A DNA stretch of 64,000 nt, from assembly GCA_049602735.1 (NCBI GenBank), contig JBMYRW010000001.1:19502-83501 (forward strand), given 5' to 3'. The notes beneath the pieces are model-generated. The model had not been told where the DNA came from and made no database searches. It saw nothing but the letters and a program-made list of their open reading frames with translations. This document shows positions 25,134-34,606 of the stretch, piece after piece (within the stretch, counting starts at the first letter, position 1; each line of letters begins with the position of its first letter). The position numbers were made by a program, and so were the translations under genes. The DNA is from Thermoplasmatota archaeon (lineage in GTDB: Archaea; Thermoplasmatota; E2; JACPAO01; JAHFTW01).

Positions 25134-26669
25134 CTAGCGACTACTGTCGGTGGAGTTCGCCGGCCCCAACGCCCGTAGCCGCTCCGCCAGGATGCCCATG
25201 GCGGTCGCCGTCTCCAGGCTGACCGAGGCGCCGGTGATCTCGTAGTGGGCGGGGCAGGCTTCCAGGACGTGGCGGGGTAGCCCGCGCGGGCCGAGGCCCA
25301 TGAGCACGCAGAGTCGTCCATGCACCTCTTTGGCCCTCTCCAGGGTCTCCAGGCGCTCTGGGTCCGGCTTGGGCGTCGTCGCCACCGGCCAACCGGGCAG
25401 GTCGTCCAGGGTCAACTCGTCCACGGCGCTCACCCGGCCGGCCTCGAGGAGCGCTTCCAGGTGCCCGGCGCCTTCACCGATGCCGGTCTCCGTCGCTGCT
25501 GCTTCCGCGATGGCTGCCAGGTCGGCCGGGAAGGCCACCAGGAGCAGGTCGAGGTTGAACGCGGCGGCGAGCGGTGCTGCGCGGGCGACGGCACGTAGGT
25601 GAGGCAAGCCCAGGCCGCCGTCGTAGGTGTTCCAGAGGGCGAGCGTGTGGGTGCCGGCGCGACGCTCCGGGCGCCACGTCCCCTCCGTCGCCACGGCTTC
25701 CTGCTCGGGCTCCGCCGACTCGACGGGGACGGCCGGAGCGGCCAGGTCGAGGCCAGCCTTCTCGGCCGCCGCCTCCAGGCGCTTGCGCGTCGCCGGTGGC
25801 AGGTCGGCGCGCTCGGCCGCCTGAAGGAGCATGCCCTTGCCGGCGGCGTCGCCCAGCTTGTCCAGACGAGCGCCACACGCGATCAGCACGTCGGGGCGTT
25901 CGCCGCCGAGGCCGGCCACGCGGGCCAGGTCCTGCACGTCGTCCATGCGCCACACCATGCGGCGAAGCGGCTCCGCGCGAGCCTCCTCCGAGAGCGCCAT
26001 CATGGCCTCCATGGCCGGCGCGAGCGCCTCCGCACAACCACGGTGATGCAGCTGCCCCAGGGCCTCAGCGCGGGGGGCGTCCGCCATGTCCTGGATCGCC
26101 ACCATCAAACGGCCATGCTCGTGGGGCTCCGCGTGGCGAAGCACCGCCTTGAAGCCACGGGACTCGAAGCCGGCGTTGCCGCCTGCGCGTTGGAAGAGCA
26201 CCTCGCGGCCATCAGGGCCGACGTGGCCCGCTGCCGCCTCGATCGCCGACAGGGTCCATTCGCCGTCCGGAAGAGCTGCGATGCCTTCGGCGACCTCCAA
26301 GAGCAGCACGTCCCGAGTGCGGCCATGCCAACCGGCGACCGCCTTGGCCAGGTCGCCCAGCACTTCGGCGCGGCGGCCCAGACGCTCCACCATGGCGGCC
26401 CGTTGCAAGGCGCCGCGGAGGGCCTCCTCGGTCTGCTTCAGGCTCGTGTTGCCCACGGTCGCCACCTGCGCCATGGCGGTCGCGGCCCAGGAGAGGTCGC
26501 GGATCGCGTCCGCCTCGGCCAGCAATTCTACGGCCGGTCGGGTCTTCGCCTTGGCCAGACGGACCAGTTCACGGGCGCGGCTCGGGGCGTGTTCACGTGC
26601 CGGCGGCTTGCCATGGCCACCCCCTCCGCCCCCACGGCCGCGGCGGCCGGGGCTCTTGGTCTTGGCCAT
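25134..26669 (-). CDS. protein with RG-rich N-terminus, ~330-aa helical domain and C-terminal SPOUT-like (alpha/beta-knot methyltransferase-like) domain
   Basis: N-terminus MAKTKSPGRRGRGGGGGGHGK. The C-terminal HTLALWNTYDGGLGLPHLRAVARAAPLAAAFNLDLLLV and RLCVLMGLGPRGLPRHVLEACPAHYEITGASVSLETATAMGILAERL resemble SPOUT motifs 1-3. The start overlaps the upstream stop by 1 nt (TGATG). Confidence 0.5.
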   Translation of the reverse strand: MAKTKSPGRRGRGGGGGGHGKPPAREHAPSRARELVRLAKAKTRPAVELLAEADAIRDLSWAATAMAQVATVGNTSLKQTEEALRGALQRAAMVERLGRRAEVLGDLAKAVAGWHGRTRDVLLLEVAEGIAALPDGEWTLSAIEAAAGHVGPDGREVLFQRAGGNAGFESRGFKAVLRHAEPHEHGRLMVAIQDMADAPRAEALGQLHHRGCAEALAPAMEAMMALSEEARAEPLRRMVWRMDDVQDLARVAGLGGERPDVLIACGARLDKLGDAAGKGMLLQAAERADLPPATRKRLEAAAEKAGLDLAAPAVPVESAEPEQEAVATEGTWRPERRAGTHTLALWNTYDGGLGLPHLRAVARAAPLAAAFNLDLLLVAFPADLAAIAEAAATETGIGEGAGHLEALLEAGRVSAVDELTLDDLPGWPVATTPKPDPERLETLERAKEVHGRLCVLMGLGPRGLPRHVLEACPAHYEITGASVSLETATAMGILAERLRALGPANSTDSSR

Positions 26670-27247
26670 CAGAAGGGGGTCCCGTCGGGTCGCTTGGCCG
26701 CCAGGGCCTCCGCGTACCAGACCAGTTCGTCCAGGAAGCGACCGGCGCGGCGCTCGTAGTCGCCCGTCAGGTCGTTGCCGTCGTCATCGAAGCTCGGACC
26801 CACCCGGCTCACGGCGAACATGATGCTCGGTGTGACCATGCCCAGCTCGCCCAGGATCACCCGGTAATGGGGCGCCGCGCGGACGCCGGCGAAGGGGCCT
26901 GCCGAGTAGGTGCAGATGCCGGCCGGCTTGAAGTGGAACTCCGACTGGAAGTGGTCGAGGAGGTTCTTGAGGCCGGGCGGGATGCTGTGGTTCCATTCGC
27001 CCCCGACGACGACGAAGCCGTCCGCCGCCGCCAGGACGTCGTGCGCCCGTTGCATGCCCGCCGGCGCCTCGCCTTCGGGGTACTCCTTGAACATCTTGTC
27101 CAGGAAGGGCAGCTCCAGCTCCAGGGCATCCAACAGTTCGGCCTGGTGGCCTCGGGCCTGTAGCTGGCGCACCATGAAGCGCGCCGCCTTGATGCCTTGG
27201 CGGTCCCCTCGGTTCGAACCGTACAGGACGGCGAAACGCATGCTCAT
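26669..27247 (-). CDS. NAD(P)H-dependent FMN reductase family oxidoreductase
   Basis: MSMRFAVLYGSNRGDRQG...GGEWNHSIPPGLKNLLDH is the FMN_red pattern. The start is placed at the ATG at 27247; 27241 is also possible. Confidence 0.8.
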   Translation of the reverse strand: MSMRFAVLYGSNRGDRQGIKAARFMVRQLQARGHQAELLDALELELPFLDKMFKEYPEGEAPAGMQRAHDVLAAADGFVVVGGEWNHSIPPGLKNLLDHFQSEFHFKPAGICTYSAGPFAGVRAAPHYRVILGELGMVTPSIMFAVSRVGPSFDDDGNDLTGDYERRAGRFLDELVWYAEALAAKRPDGTPF

Positions 27248-27308
27248 GGCGCGTCGGACCCGGTGGCCCCTCATAGCCGCGAGCCCAAGGGCGCCCAGGC
27301 CAAGGTGG

Positions 27309-28301
27309 TCAGTTCTCGAGGACCACGCGGTAGCGCGCCTTGCCGGCCCGCAGGTGCTCCAGCGCCGCGTTGACGTCGGTCATGGAGAACGCCTCGGTCT
27401 GCGCCTCGACGCCCCGCGCCGCCGCGAAGTCCAGCATCTCCCGGATGAGCGCCCTGCCTCCGATGGCACTTGCCGTCACGCGCTTCTGCCCGGCCAGCAA
27501 CGTACCGGCGTGGATGCCGAGGTCACTGGGCGGCACGCCGACGAAGCACAGCGTCCCGTTGGGCCGGAGGGCGCGCAGGTAGCCGTTCCAGTCCAGATCG
27601 GCGTACGCCGTGTTGATGATGAGGTCCTGCCGCGGCCCCGCCTTGGGCCCTCCGTCCGCTGAGGAGACGAAATGGTCGGCGCCGAGCGCCCGCGCCTCGT
27701 CCTCCTTGTCCGGTGAGCCCGAGTACGCGGTCACTTCGTAGCCCAGCGCCTTGGCGAACCGGACGCCCATGTGCCCCAGGCCACCGATGCCGATGACACC
27801 CACGCGGGCGCCCGGCCCGGCCAGGCGCCGCAGCGGGGAATAGACCGTGATGCCGCCGCAAAGGAGCGGTGCCGCGCCTTCGGAGGAGAGGCCGTCAGGG
27901 AGCTTGAACGCCATGCGCGCATCGGCCAGCACGTGGTCCGCGAAGCCACCGTGGTGCCCCACCGCCGTCGCCTGGTTGCCAGGACAGAGGTTCTCATCGC
28001 CGCGGGCGCAGGCATCACAGGCGTGGCAGGCGCCGCATTGCCAACCCAGTCCGACCCGGTCTCCCTCCTTCAGGCCAAGGACCGCGTCACCCGCTTCCGC
28101 CACGGTGCCCACCACTTCATGGCCCGGTACCAAGGGGTACTGGCTGCTGCGCCAGTCGTCGTCGATGAGGTGGACATCGCTGTGGCAGATGCCGCAATGG
28201 GACACCCGGATGAGCACCTCATGGGGCCCCGGCTCCGCCTCGTACGTGAACGGCTCCAGGGTCGAACCCTTGGTGGGCGCGGCGTGGGCGTGGACCTGCA
28301 T
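27309..28301 (-). CDS. zinc-dependent alcohol dehydrogenase (cinnamyl-alcohol/YahK-like, NADP-type)
   Basis: GICHSDVHLIDDDW, GHEVVGTV, structural-zinc Cys cluster CGACHACDACARGDENLC, and Rossmann GVIGIGGLGHMG. Confidence 0.9.
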   Translation of the reverse strand: MQVHAHAAPTKGSTLEPFTYEAEPGPHEVLIRVSHCGICHSDVHLIDDDWRSSQYPLVPGHEVVGTVAEAGDAVLGLKEGDRVGLGWQCGACHACDACARGDENLCPGNQATAVGHHGGFADHVLADARMAFKLPDGLSSEGAAPLLCGGITVYSPLRRLAGPGARVGVIGIGGLGHMGVRFAKALGYEVTAYSGSPDKEDEARALGADHFVSSADGGPKAGPRQDLIINTAYADLDWNGYLRALRPNGTLCFVGVPPSDLGIHAGTLLAGQKRVTASAIGGRALIREMLDFAAARGVEAQTEAFSMTDVNAALEHLRAGKARYRVVLEN

Positions 28302-28310
28302 GGCCCCACC

Positions 28311-28772
28311 TCAGGAGATCTCCAGGTCACGCACGAGGCCCAACGCATCCGCGACGCGCTCGTCCAGACCGGTGCCATGGCCTTGGACGAAGTGCAACGT
28401 GTACGGCCCCACGGGACCGGTGACGCTGGCGCCGTAGACGTGCACGTAGCCACGTTGGCATTTGTAGCCGATGTACTCCAGGACCGCCACGCCACCCGTC
28501 GTCTCCGCTGTCAGGCTGCCGACGCGCAGCACCAGCTCATCGGCCGGGTTGGCCGCCACCAGCACGAAGGCATAATGGCGGTCGCCGCCGCCCGGGGGCT
28601 CCAGGCACGCGAAACCGGCGCGATGGTTCTGGACGTAGTGGCTGTACCATTGGCCTTGCTCCGCCAGACCCGCCCAGGGCCCCACGGATTGGTCCGCCGC
28701 AGCGGCGGTCGGAGCCGCCAGCACGGCGGCGCAGCAGAGGATGAAGGTCGTTGCACAAGCGAACCAACGCAT
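28311..28772 (-). CDS. hypothetical secreted protein (153 aa)
   Basis: ATG at 28772 gives the signal peptide MRWFACATTFILCCAAVLAAPTAAAA. No family recognised. The upstream part of the listed 268-aa ORF is Arg/Pro-rich junk. Confidence 0.5.
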   Translation of the reverse strand: MRWFACATTFILCCAAVLAAPTAAAADQSVGPWAGLAEQGQWYSHYVQNHRAGFACLEPPGGGDRHYAFVLVAANPADELVLRVGSLTAETTGGVAVLEYIGYKCQRGYVHVYGASVTGPVGPYTLHFVQGHGTGLDERVADALGLVRDLEIS

Positions 28773-28843
28773 GCGGGGCCTATCGGGCTCTTCCAGGTTC
28801 AAGGTGCCGCAACGGTTACAAGACGACCTGCCACCCGCGGGGC

Positions 28844-29728
28844 ATGGACAAGACGAGCCGCATGAGGCCCGTGGCCCTGGCTGCCCTTCTGGCGATGACG
28901 CTCGTGGCGGGTTGCCTCGGAGACGACGACGGAGAGCGGGACGACGCGGCCGGAGGCACGGCCCAAGACGAGGCCCCGAACGCGACGGAACTGTTGACGT
29001 ACGACGCCACCGGCTGCTCGTTGGCGGTCTCCGTGCTGTTGCGGGACCTGGACCATCTGGCCGGTTTCCTGCCGGAGCCGTTCCGGCCCGCCGATGCCCA
29101 AGGCCTCCTGGGAACACCCGTGCCCGTTGGCCAAGGCGGCGTCCTGGCGACCACCTACACCTGCGAGGACTCCGTCTTCCTCGGCGGCCCCTTGGCCGGG
29201 GCCGAGATCAACATCCTCGTGGCCGACCCGGGTCTCGATGCTGACGCGTCCCAGGTGACCACCCACTACTACCTGGCCAAGCTGTACCTGCCGGCCAGCG
29301 CGGCGCTGGACCGCTTCGCCACCGATGGCTGGGACGTCCAATCGGCCGACGAGATCACCAACCAGGCCGATGCCCTTCTGGGTGGCACGGTCCGGTCGGG
29401 CGACGTCGTCGCCAACGGCACGCTGGCGTACGGCATGGAGGTCCAGGGCGCCGCCCCCAGCACCCTGGCCGGCATCAGCCGCTTCTGGCAGGTGACGCCC
29501 GGCGGCCCCTCCTGGTTCGACTACGATGTCGCCGCCGAGGTGAACCTGGGCACGAGCCTCATCACCTGGGAAGCCGGTGGGTTCCTCGATGGACTCCAGG
29601 CCGACGGATCCGCCCTGTCGGCCACGGCACCCCTGGAGGTGCCCGGCATCGCGGTGCCGTCCTTCGACTGGCAGGCGACGTACCGGCCGCCCGGTCCCGT
29701 CCCCGCCCCCGCTGCCACCTCCTCCTGA
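28844..29728 (+). CDS. hypothetical secreted lipoprotein
   Basis: ATG at 28844: MDKTSRMRPVALAALLAMTLVAGCLGDDDG (lipobox). No family recognised. Confidence 0.55.
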   Translation: MDKTSRMRPVALAALLAMTLVAGCLGDDDGERDDAAGGTAQDEAPNATELLTYDATGCSLAVSVLLRDLDHLAGFLPEPFRPADAQGLLGTPVPVGQGGVLATTYTCEDSVFLGGPLAGAEINILVADPGLDADASQVTTHYYLAKLYLPASAALDRFATDGWDVQSADEITNQADALLGGTVRSGDVVANGTLAYGMEVQGAAPSTLAGISRFWQVTPGGPSWFDYDVAAEVNLGTSLITWEAGGFLDGLQADGSALSATAPLEVPGIAVPSFDWQATYRPPGPVPAPAATSS

Positions 29729-29745
29729 GCCCGGGCGACGCCGGT

Positions 29746-31569
29746 TCAGAGCGGGAACAGCCAAGCGATGGTGAGCGGAATGATCACGACGAGTGCCAGG
29801 TTGAGCGGCCCGCCGACCCGGACGAAGTCGGAGAACCTGTAGGAGCCCGGCGCGTACACCATGGTGTTGGTCTGGTAGCCGACCGGCGTCAACATGCTGG
29901 TGCTGGCGGAGAGCATGACGGCCAGAGCGAACGGCCGACCGTCTAGGCCCAGTGACGCAGCGGCGGCCACGACGATGGGGATGAGCAGCACCACGCTGGC
30001 GTTGTTGCTGATCATCTCGGTGAGCAGGCTCGTGAACAGGAACACCGCCATGAGGAACGCCAGCGGCGGCAACAGTCCACCGACGGCGACCAGGCCGTCC
30101 GCCATGAGCGCCGCTGCGCCCGACTTCTCCAACGCGATGCCCAGCGGGATGATGCCAGACAGCAGGAGGATGATGTCCCAGTGGATGGCGTCGATGAACT
30201 CCTCCACCTTCAGGCAGCCCGTGACGACCATGGCGACGGCGCCCGCCAGTGCGGCGGCGACGATGGGAAGGAGGCCGAGGGCGCTCACAGCTACGACGGC
30301 GATCATGATGCCGGCGGCCATGAGGATCTTCTCCGGGCGGAAGACCGGCTCCTTGCGCTCCCGCGTCAGGAAGAAATTGGCCGATTCCTCCAGGCGGTCG
30401 AGGGCCGATTCAGGGGCCTGCACGAGCAGCACGTCGCCCGCCTTGAGCGTCGATTGGGCCAAGGGTCCGATGCTCAGGCGGTCGTGGTGCCGGAGGGCGA
30501 GGACGATGGCGTCGAACCGGTCGCGGAAACGCATCTCCGCCAGCGTGCGCCCTTCGACGCGGCTGCCGGGTGCCACCACCAGTTCAGCCGTCGCCCAGCC
30601 TTCCTCGCCGCTCTCCGGGTCTGGTTCCAGCCCATGCTTCAGTTCGGCCAGGCTGACAAGGCCGTGCTGTTCCTGGAGCTCCTCTAGGCCTTCGCGGCTC
30701 CCTTGCAACAGCAGCAGGTCGTCTTCGCGCACCACGAAGTCCTTGCGGGGCGCGCTGTGGGCGATGTCGCCACGGAACAGCCGCAGCACCTGGAAGCCGT
30801 TGGGCCTTGTGAGTCCCAGTTCGCCGATGGTCTTGCCGACCGCCTGGGCGTCGCCAGGGACGTGCACCTCGGCGAGGAAGCCCTTCAGGTCGAAGCGCTC
30901 CGTGGCGTCCCCGGTGCCCCGGTCGGGGACCAGGAGCGGTCCGATCGTCAAGAAATAGATCGCCGCAGCGGCAAGGGCCACGACACCGACGAGTGTGAAC
31001 GAAAAGAAGCCGAACGGCTCCAGACCGTAGCGTGGCAGCAGGGCGTTGCCCAGCAGGTTCGTGCTGGTGCCGATGAGGGTGAGGGTGCCACCGAGCATGG
31101 CGAAGAACGACAGGGGCATCAGCAGCTTGGAAGGGCTGTGGCCGGCCTGGCGGGCCAAGCGTGAGGCGACCGGGATGAGGACGGCGACGACGGGGGTGTT
31201 GTTGACGAAGCCAGACATGCCGCCGGCGACCCCGCCCAGGGTGAGCGTCTGGCGGCGCACGCCCTTGCCGGCCCACCGCGTGAGTGCGCGGCTGAGGTAG
31301 TCGACGGCGCCGGAGCGTTCGATGCCGGCCGACAGGACGAACATGGAGAGGACGGCGATCGTGGCCTGGCTGGCGAACCCGGAGAGGCCCTCTTCGGGGC
31401 TCAGGATGGGGCCGGACCAGCTGCGTGCCGGCAGCACCATGAGGGACGCGGCGGCCAGCATGGAGGTGATCGCCGGAGGGAGCACCTCGCGGACGAACAG
31501 GAGCAGCACCACGACAAGGACTGCAAGGACGACGCCGATCTCCCAGACGGCCACGGAGCTTGAGCCCAC
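29746..31569 (-). CDS. SLC13/DASS-family anion permease with two central TrkA-C domains
   Basis: Many TM helices, with GGTLTLIGTSTNLL and SASTSMLTPVGYQTNTMV hairpin motifs. The central soluble region has a duplicated TrkA-C-like pattern. Confidence 0.85.
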   Translation of the reverse strand: MGSSSVAVWEIGVVLAVLVVVLLLFVREVLPPAITSMLAAASLMVLPARSWSGPILSPEEGLSGFASQATIAVLSMFVLSAGIERSGAVDYLSRALTRWAGKGVRRQTLTLGGVAGGMSGFVNNTPVVAVLIPVASRLARQAGHSPSKLLMPLSFFAMLGGTLTLIGTSTNLLGNALLPRYGLEPFGFFSFTLVGVVALAAAAIYFLTIGPLLVPDRGTGDATERFDLKGFLAEVHVPGDAQAVGKTIGELGLTRPNGFQVLRLFRGDIAHSAPRKDFVVREDDLLLLQGSREGLEELQEQHGLVSLAELKHGLEPDPESGEEGWATAELVVAPGSRVEGRTLAEMRFRDRFDAIVLALRHHDRLSIGPLAQSTLKAGDVLLVQAPESALDRLEESANFFLTRERKEPVFRPEKILMAAGIMIAVVAVSALGLLPIVAAALAGAVAMVVTGCLKVEEFIDAIHWDIILLLSGIIPLGIALEKSGAAALMADGLVAVGGLLPPLAFLMAVFLFTSLLTEMISNNASVVLLIPIVVAAAASLGLDGRPFALAVMLSASTSMLTPVGYQTNTMVYAPGSYRFSDFVRVGGPLNLALVVIIPLTIAWLFPL

Positions 31570-31614
31570 GCGGAGTGGATAACCTCACCGGAGGCACCTG
31601 GTCGCCCGTTCCGT

Positions 31615-33216
31615 TCAGCCGAGGTGGAGGGTGCGTCCCGGTTCCGGCAGCAGGGCGCCACGCCCTTCCTTGGCCTGGTAGCGCTCGGCGCTCAGGTGGG
31701 GCGCCTCGGAGTGGATGGGCACCAGGGTACGGGCGCCGATCTCGTCGAGCACCCAGTCCAGGTCCTCGGTGGACAGGTGGCCGCTGACGTGGGTGTCGTG
31801 GCGTTCCAGGTTGAACGCGGAGAGCCAGCGGTCGAGTTTGCGGTCGCCGATCTCCATCTCGTCGTTGAACGGCTGGGTCATGGAATGGATGTACAGACCG
31901 CCGGCCCTTGGGCCGGGGGTCTGCGGGAAGAGGTCGAAGAGTTCGCTGATGGTCCAGTAACTGATGGAGAACAGGTAGGCGTGGGGCGCTGCGGCCACGT
32001 CGGCGGAGGTGACCGTGTTGTCGCCGGTGAGGTACGGCCGCTCCCAGGTCTCGTGGTCGGAGAGCCAGAAGTCGCTCCATTCCTCGTCGCCCACCTGGAC
32101 GGGGTGCATGGCGAGGTCCCGGTCCGGCATCAGCAACGTCCCCGGTGGCATGGCGCGCACGCCCTTCTTCCTCACCGGCGCGTGGATCGCGATGTGGGGG
32201 TCCCGCCGAGGGTCCGGGAGGCCTGGTTCGCCGCTGCCGCGCACGCTGTCGAGCAGGTGGGCGAGCTTGGTCGGGATGACGAGCCGGCGGCCGTGTTCGC
32301 GGGCGACGTCCCAGATGGAGAGGAACCGGTCCAGGTCGCGCGGCGGGAAGCTGACGCCCACGAAGCGGTCCCCGGCGGCGCGCAGCATGGCACCCATCTC
32401 GGCGGCGACCATGCTCTCGTCGTCGGTGTTGTTGTGGCCGTGGTCGTCCCCGGGGGGCCGCACGCGGGTCCCCTCGGCCAGGATGACGTCGACGCCGCCG
32501 GCGCGCTCCACGAACCGCTTGGTGGCATCGGGGTCGCGGCCGTGCATGCGGAAGTCGCCGGTGTAGACGACGGAGAGCGGGCCTTCGAGGAGCGTCGCGC
32601 GGGCGCCGTGGATGGAGTGGTCCACGTCGAAGTGCTTGAGGTCCCAGTCGCCCACCTGCACGGCCCCGCCGTCCGTAGGCCTGGTGGCGGCCACGGGGTC
32701 GCCGGTCTCCGGGTCCTTCCAGGCGGTCCCTTTGCCCGGTGAGCCGTCCTTCTTGGGCAGGATGCCCTTGGGGCGGGCCTCCAGGTACTCCGCCATGACG
32801 CCGCCGCCGGTCTCTTGCAGGCTGGCGAGCGTCGCGCGGCTGCCGGGCGAGAGCCAGATCGGCACGTCGGGCCGCAGGAGCCCCAGGAGGCCGCAGTGGT
32901 CCATGTGGGCGTGGCTCACCAGCACGCCGTCCACCGGTGACGCGCCCGCTTGGCCGCCTCGGTCCTGGCGCCACAGCGTCGGCAGGTCCGGGATGATGCC
33001 CAGGCGCATCAGGTCCGGCGCCAGCGTGGTGCCCCGCGGTTGCAGGAAGTCGTCGTAGTAGTCGTTCCAGCCCGGGGTGCGCGCGGCGCCCGGCCTGGGA
33101 TCGCTGCCGAACCGCTTGCCCAGGTCCAGGAACAGCCGCGAGCCGCCCCCTTCGAGGAGGAAGGCGTTGCCGCCGATCTCGCCCACGCCGCCGTAGCCTT
33201 GCAGGGTGACGCCCAC
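31615..33216 (-). CDS. metallo-beta-lactamase fold hydrolase, RNase J-like (COG0595-type)
   Basis: The N-terminus GYGGVGEIGGNAFLLE and the motif VLVSHAHMDHCGLL (HxHxDH). The family call rests on these motifs only. Confidence 0.6.
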   Translation of the reverse strand: MGVTLQGYGGVGEIGGNAFLLEGGGSRLFLDLGKRFGSDPRPGAARTPGWNDYYDDFLQPRGTTLAPDLMRLGIIPDLPTLWRQDRGGQAGASPVDGVLVSHAHMDHCGLLGLLRPDVPIWLSPGSRATLASLQETGGGVMAEYLEARPKGILPKKDGSPGKGTAWKDPETGDPVAATRPTDGGAVQVGDWDLKHFDVDHSIHGARATLLEGPLSVVYTGDFRMHGRDPDATKRFVERAGGVDVILAEGTRVRPPGDDHGHNNTDDESMVAAEMGAMLRAAGDRFVGVSFPPRDLDRFLSIWDVAREHGRRLVIPTKLAHLLDSVRGSGEPGLPDPRRDPHIAIHAPVRKKGVRAMPPGTLLMPDRDLAMHPVQVGDEEWSDFWLSDHETWERPYLTGDNTVTSADVAAAPHAYLFSISYWTISELFDLFPQTPGPRAGGLYIHSMTQPFNDEMEIGDRKLDRWLSAFNLERHDTHVSGHLSTEDLDWVLDEIGARTLVPIHSEAPHLSAERYQAKEGRGALLPEPGRTLHLG

Positions 33217-33258
33217 GCGCCTCGATGGCGACCGGTTCTCTTGGGGTTGCCCCCTTGC

Positions 33259-34509
33259 TCAGCGTTCCACGATCGCCGTGACGCCTTGCCCCCCGGCGGC
33301 GCAGACGGAGATGAGGCCCCGGCCGGACCCCTTCTCGGCGAGGCTCTTGGCGAGCGTCGCCAGGATGCGGGTGCCGGTGGCTGCGAAGGGGTGGCCGGCT
33401 GCGATGCTGCTGCCCTTGACGTTGAGCTTCTCGTGGGGCACGGCGCCGAGTCCCTTCTGCTCCCAGACCTGGAGCGTGGCGAGGACGACGCTCGCGAACG
33501 CCTCGTGGACCTCGAAGAGGTCGAAATCCTGGAGGGCGAGCCCATGGCGCTCCAGCAGCTGGGGCACGGCGTGGTACGCGGGCGCCATGAGCAGCCCTTC
33601 ATTGCCACCCGCGAAGTCGGTGGCCCCGGTCTGAGCGCCGCTCAGGTAGGCGAGCACGGGGAGCCCCCGCTCCTTGGCCCAATCCTCGCTGGCCAGAAGG
33701 ACGCTGCTGGCACCGTCCGTGAGCGGCGAGGCATTGGCGGCCGTGATCGTTCCACCGCCGCCGAAGACGCCCTTGAGCCGCGCCGCAGCCTCGATGCTCG
33801 TGTCGGGGCGGAGGTTGTTGTCCCGCTCCAGGCCCTGGTAGGGCATCACCAGGTCGTCGAAGAAGCCGGCCTCGTAGGCGGCGGCCAGGTTGTGGTGACT
33901 GGCCACGGCCAGCTCGTCCATCGCCTCCCGCGTGATGCCCAGTTCGTCCGCGGTGCGCTGGGCGTGCTGCCCCATGGAAAGGCCGGTGCGGGGTTCGGCG
34001 TTGCGCGGCAGGTCAGGTAGCCACGCCGCAGGGTTGAGGAGCCTGGCGGCCGCCTTCGCCTTGGCGCCACCGCTACGGGCCGCGTTGAGGTCCATGAGCG
34101 TGCGCTGCAGCCGTCGACCCGCCGCGACGGGGGCATCACTGGTGGTGTCGACGCCGCACGCGATGCCAGCGTCGATCTGCCCCAGGGCGATCTTGTTGGC
34201 CACCAGGATCGCCGATTCCAGTCCGGTGCCGCACGCCTGCTGCACGTCGTAGGCCGGCGTGTGCGGGTCGAGGCTCGTGCCCAGCACCGATTCGCGCACC
34301 AGGTTCCAGTCGCGGGCATGCTTCATCACCGCCCCGCCGACCACCTCTCCCAGGAGAGCGCCTTCCAGGCCGGCCCGGTCCACCAGGCCCTGCAACGTGT
34401 CCGTCAGCATGGTCTGGTTGGACAGTTCGTGGTACGCCGTGTTCTGGCGGGCGAACGGGATGCGGTTGGCCGCGACGATCGCCACCCGGCGGGGCTCGGT
34501 GGTGTGCAC
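33259..34509 (-). CDS. acetyl-CoA C-acyltransferase (thiolase, FadI/FadA-like)
   Basis: RRVAIVAANRIPFARQ, the active-site Cys region QQACGTGLESA, and C-terminal NVKGSSIAAGHPFAATG and CAAGGQG. The start is set at GTG 34509 because the upstream ATG (34608) would overlap the divergent gene's ATG (34607). Confidence 0.85.
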   Translation of the reverse strand: MHTTEPRRVAIVAANRIPFARQNTAYHELSNQTMLTDTLQGLVDRAGLEGALLGEVVGGAVMKHARDWNLVRESVLGTSLDPHTPAYDVQQACGTGLESAILVANKIALGQIDAGIACGVDTTSDAPVAAGRRLQRTLMDLNAARSGGAKAKAAARLLNPAAWLPDLPRNAEPRTGLSMGQHAQRTADELGITREAMDELAVASHHNLAAAYEAGFFDDLVMPYQGLERDNNLRPDTSIEAAARLKGVFGGGGTITAANASPLTDGASSVLLASEDWAKERGLPVLAYLSGAQTGATDFAGGNEGLLMAPAYHAVPQLLERHGLALQDFDLFEVHEAFASVVLATLQVWEQKGLGAVPHEKLNVKGSSIAAGHPFAATGTRILATLAKSLAEKGSGRGLISVCAAGGQGVTAIVER

Positions 34510-34606
34510 GCCGTGGATGCGCCCGCTGGCGCGATAAGGGTGCGTGTGGTGGCGGCGCAAGCGTCCTGCGGAAGCTTCAAGCCCCCTGTCGTCACCAAGT
34601 GGCCCC

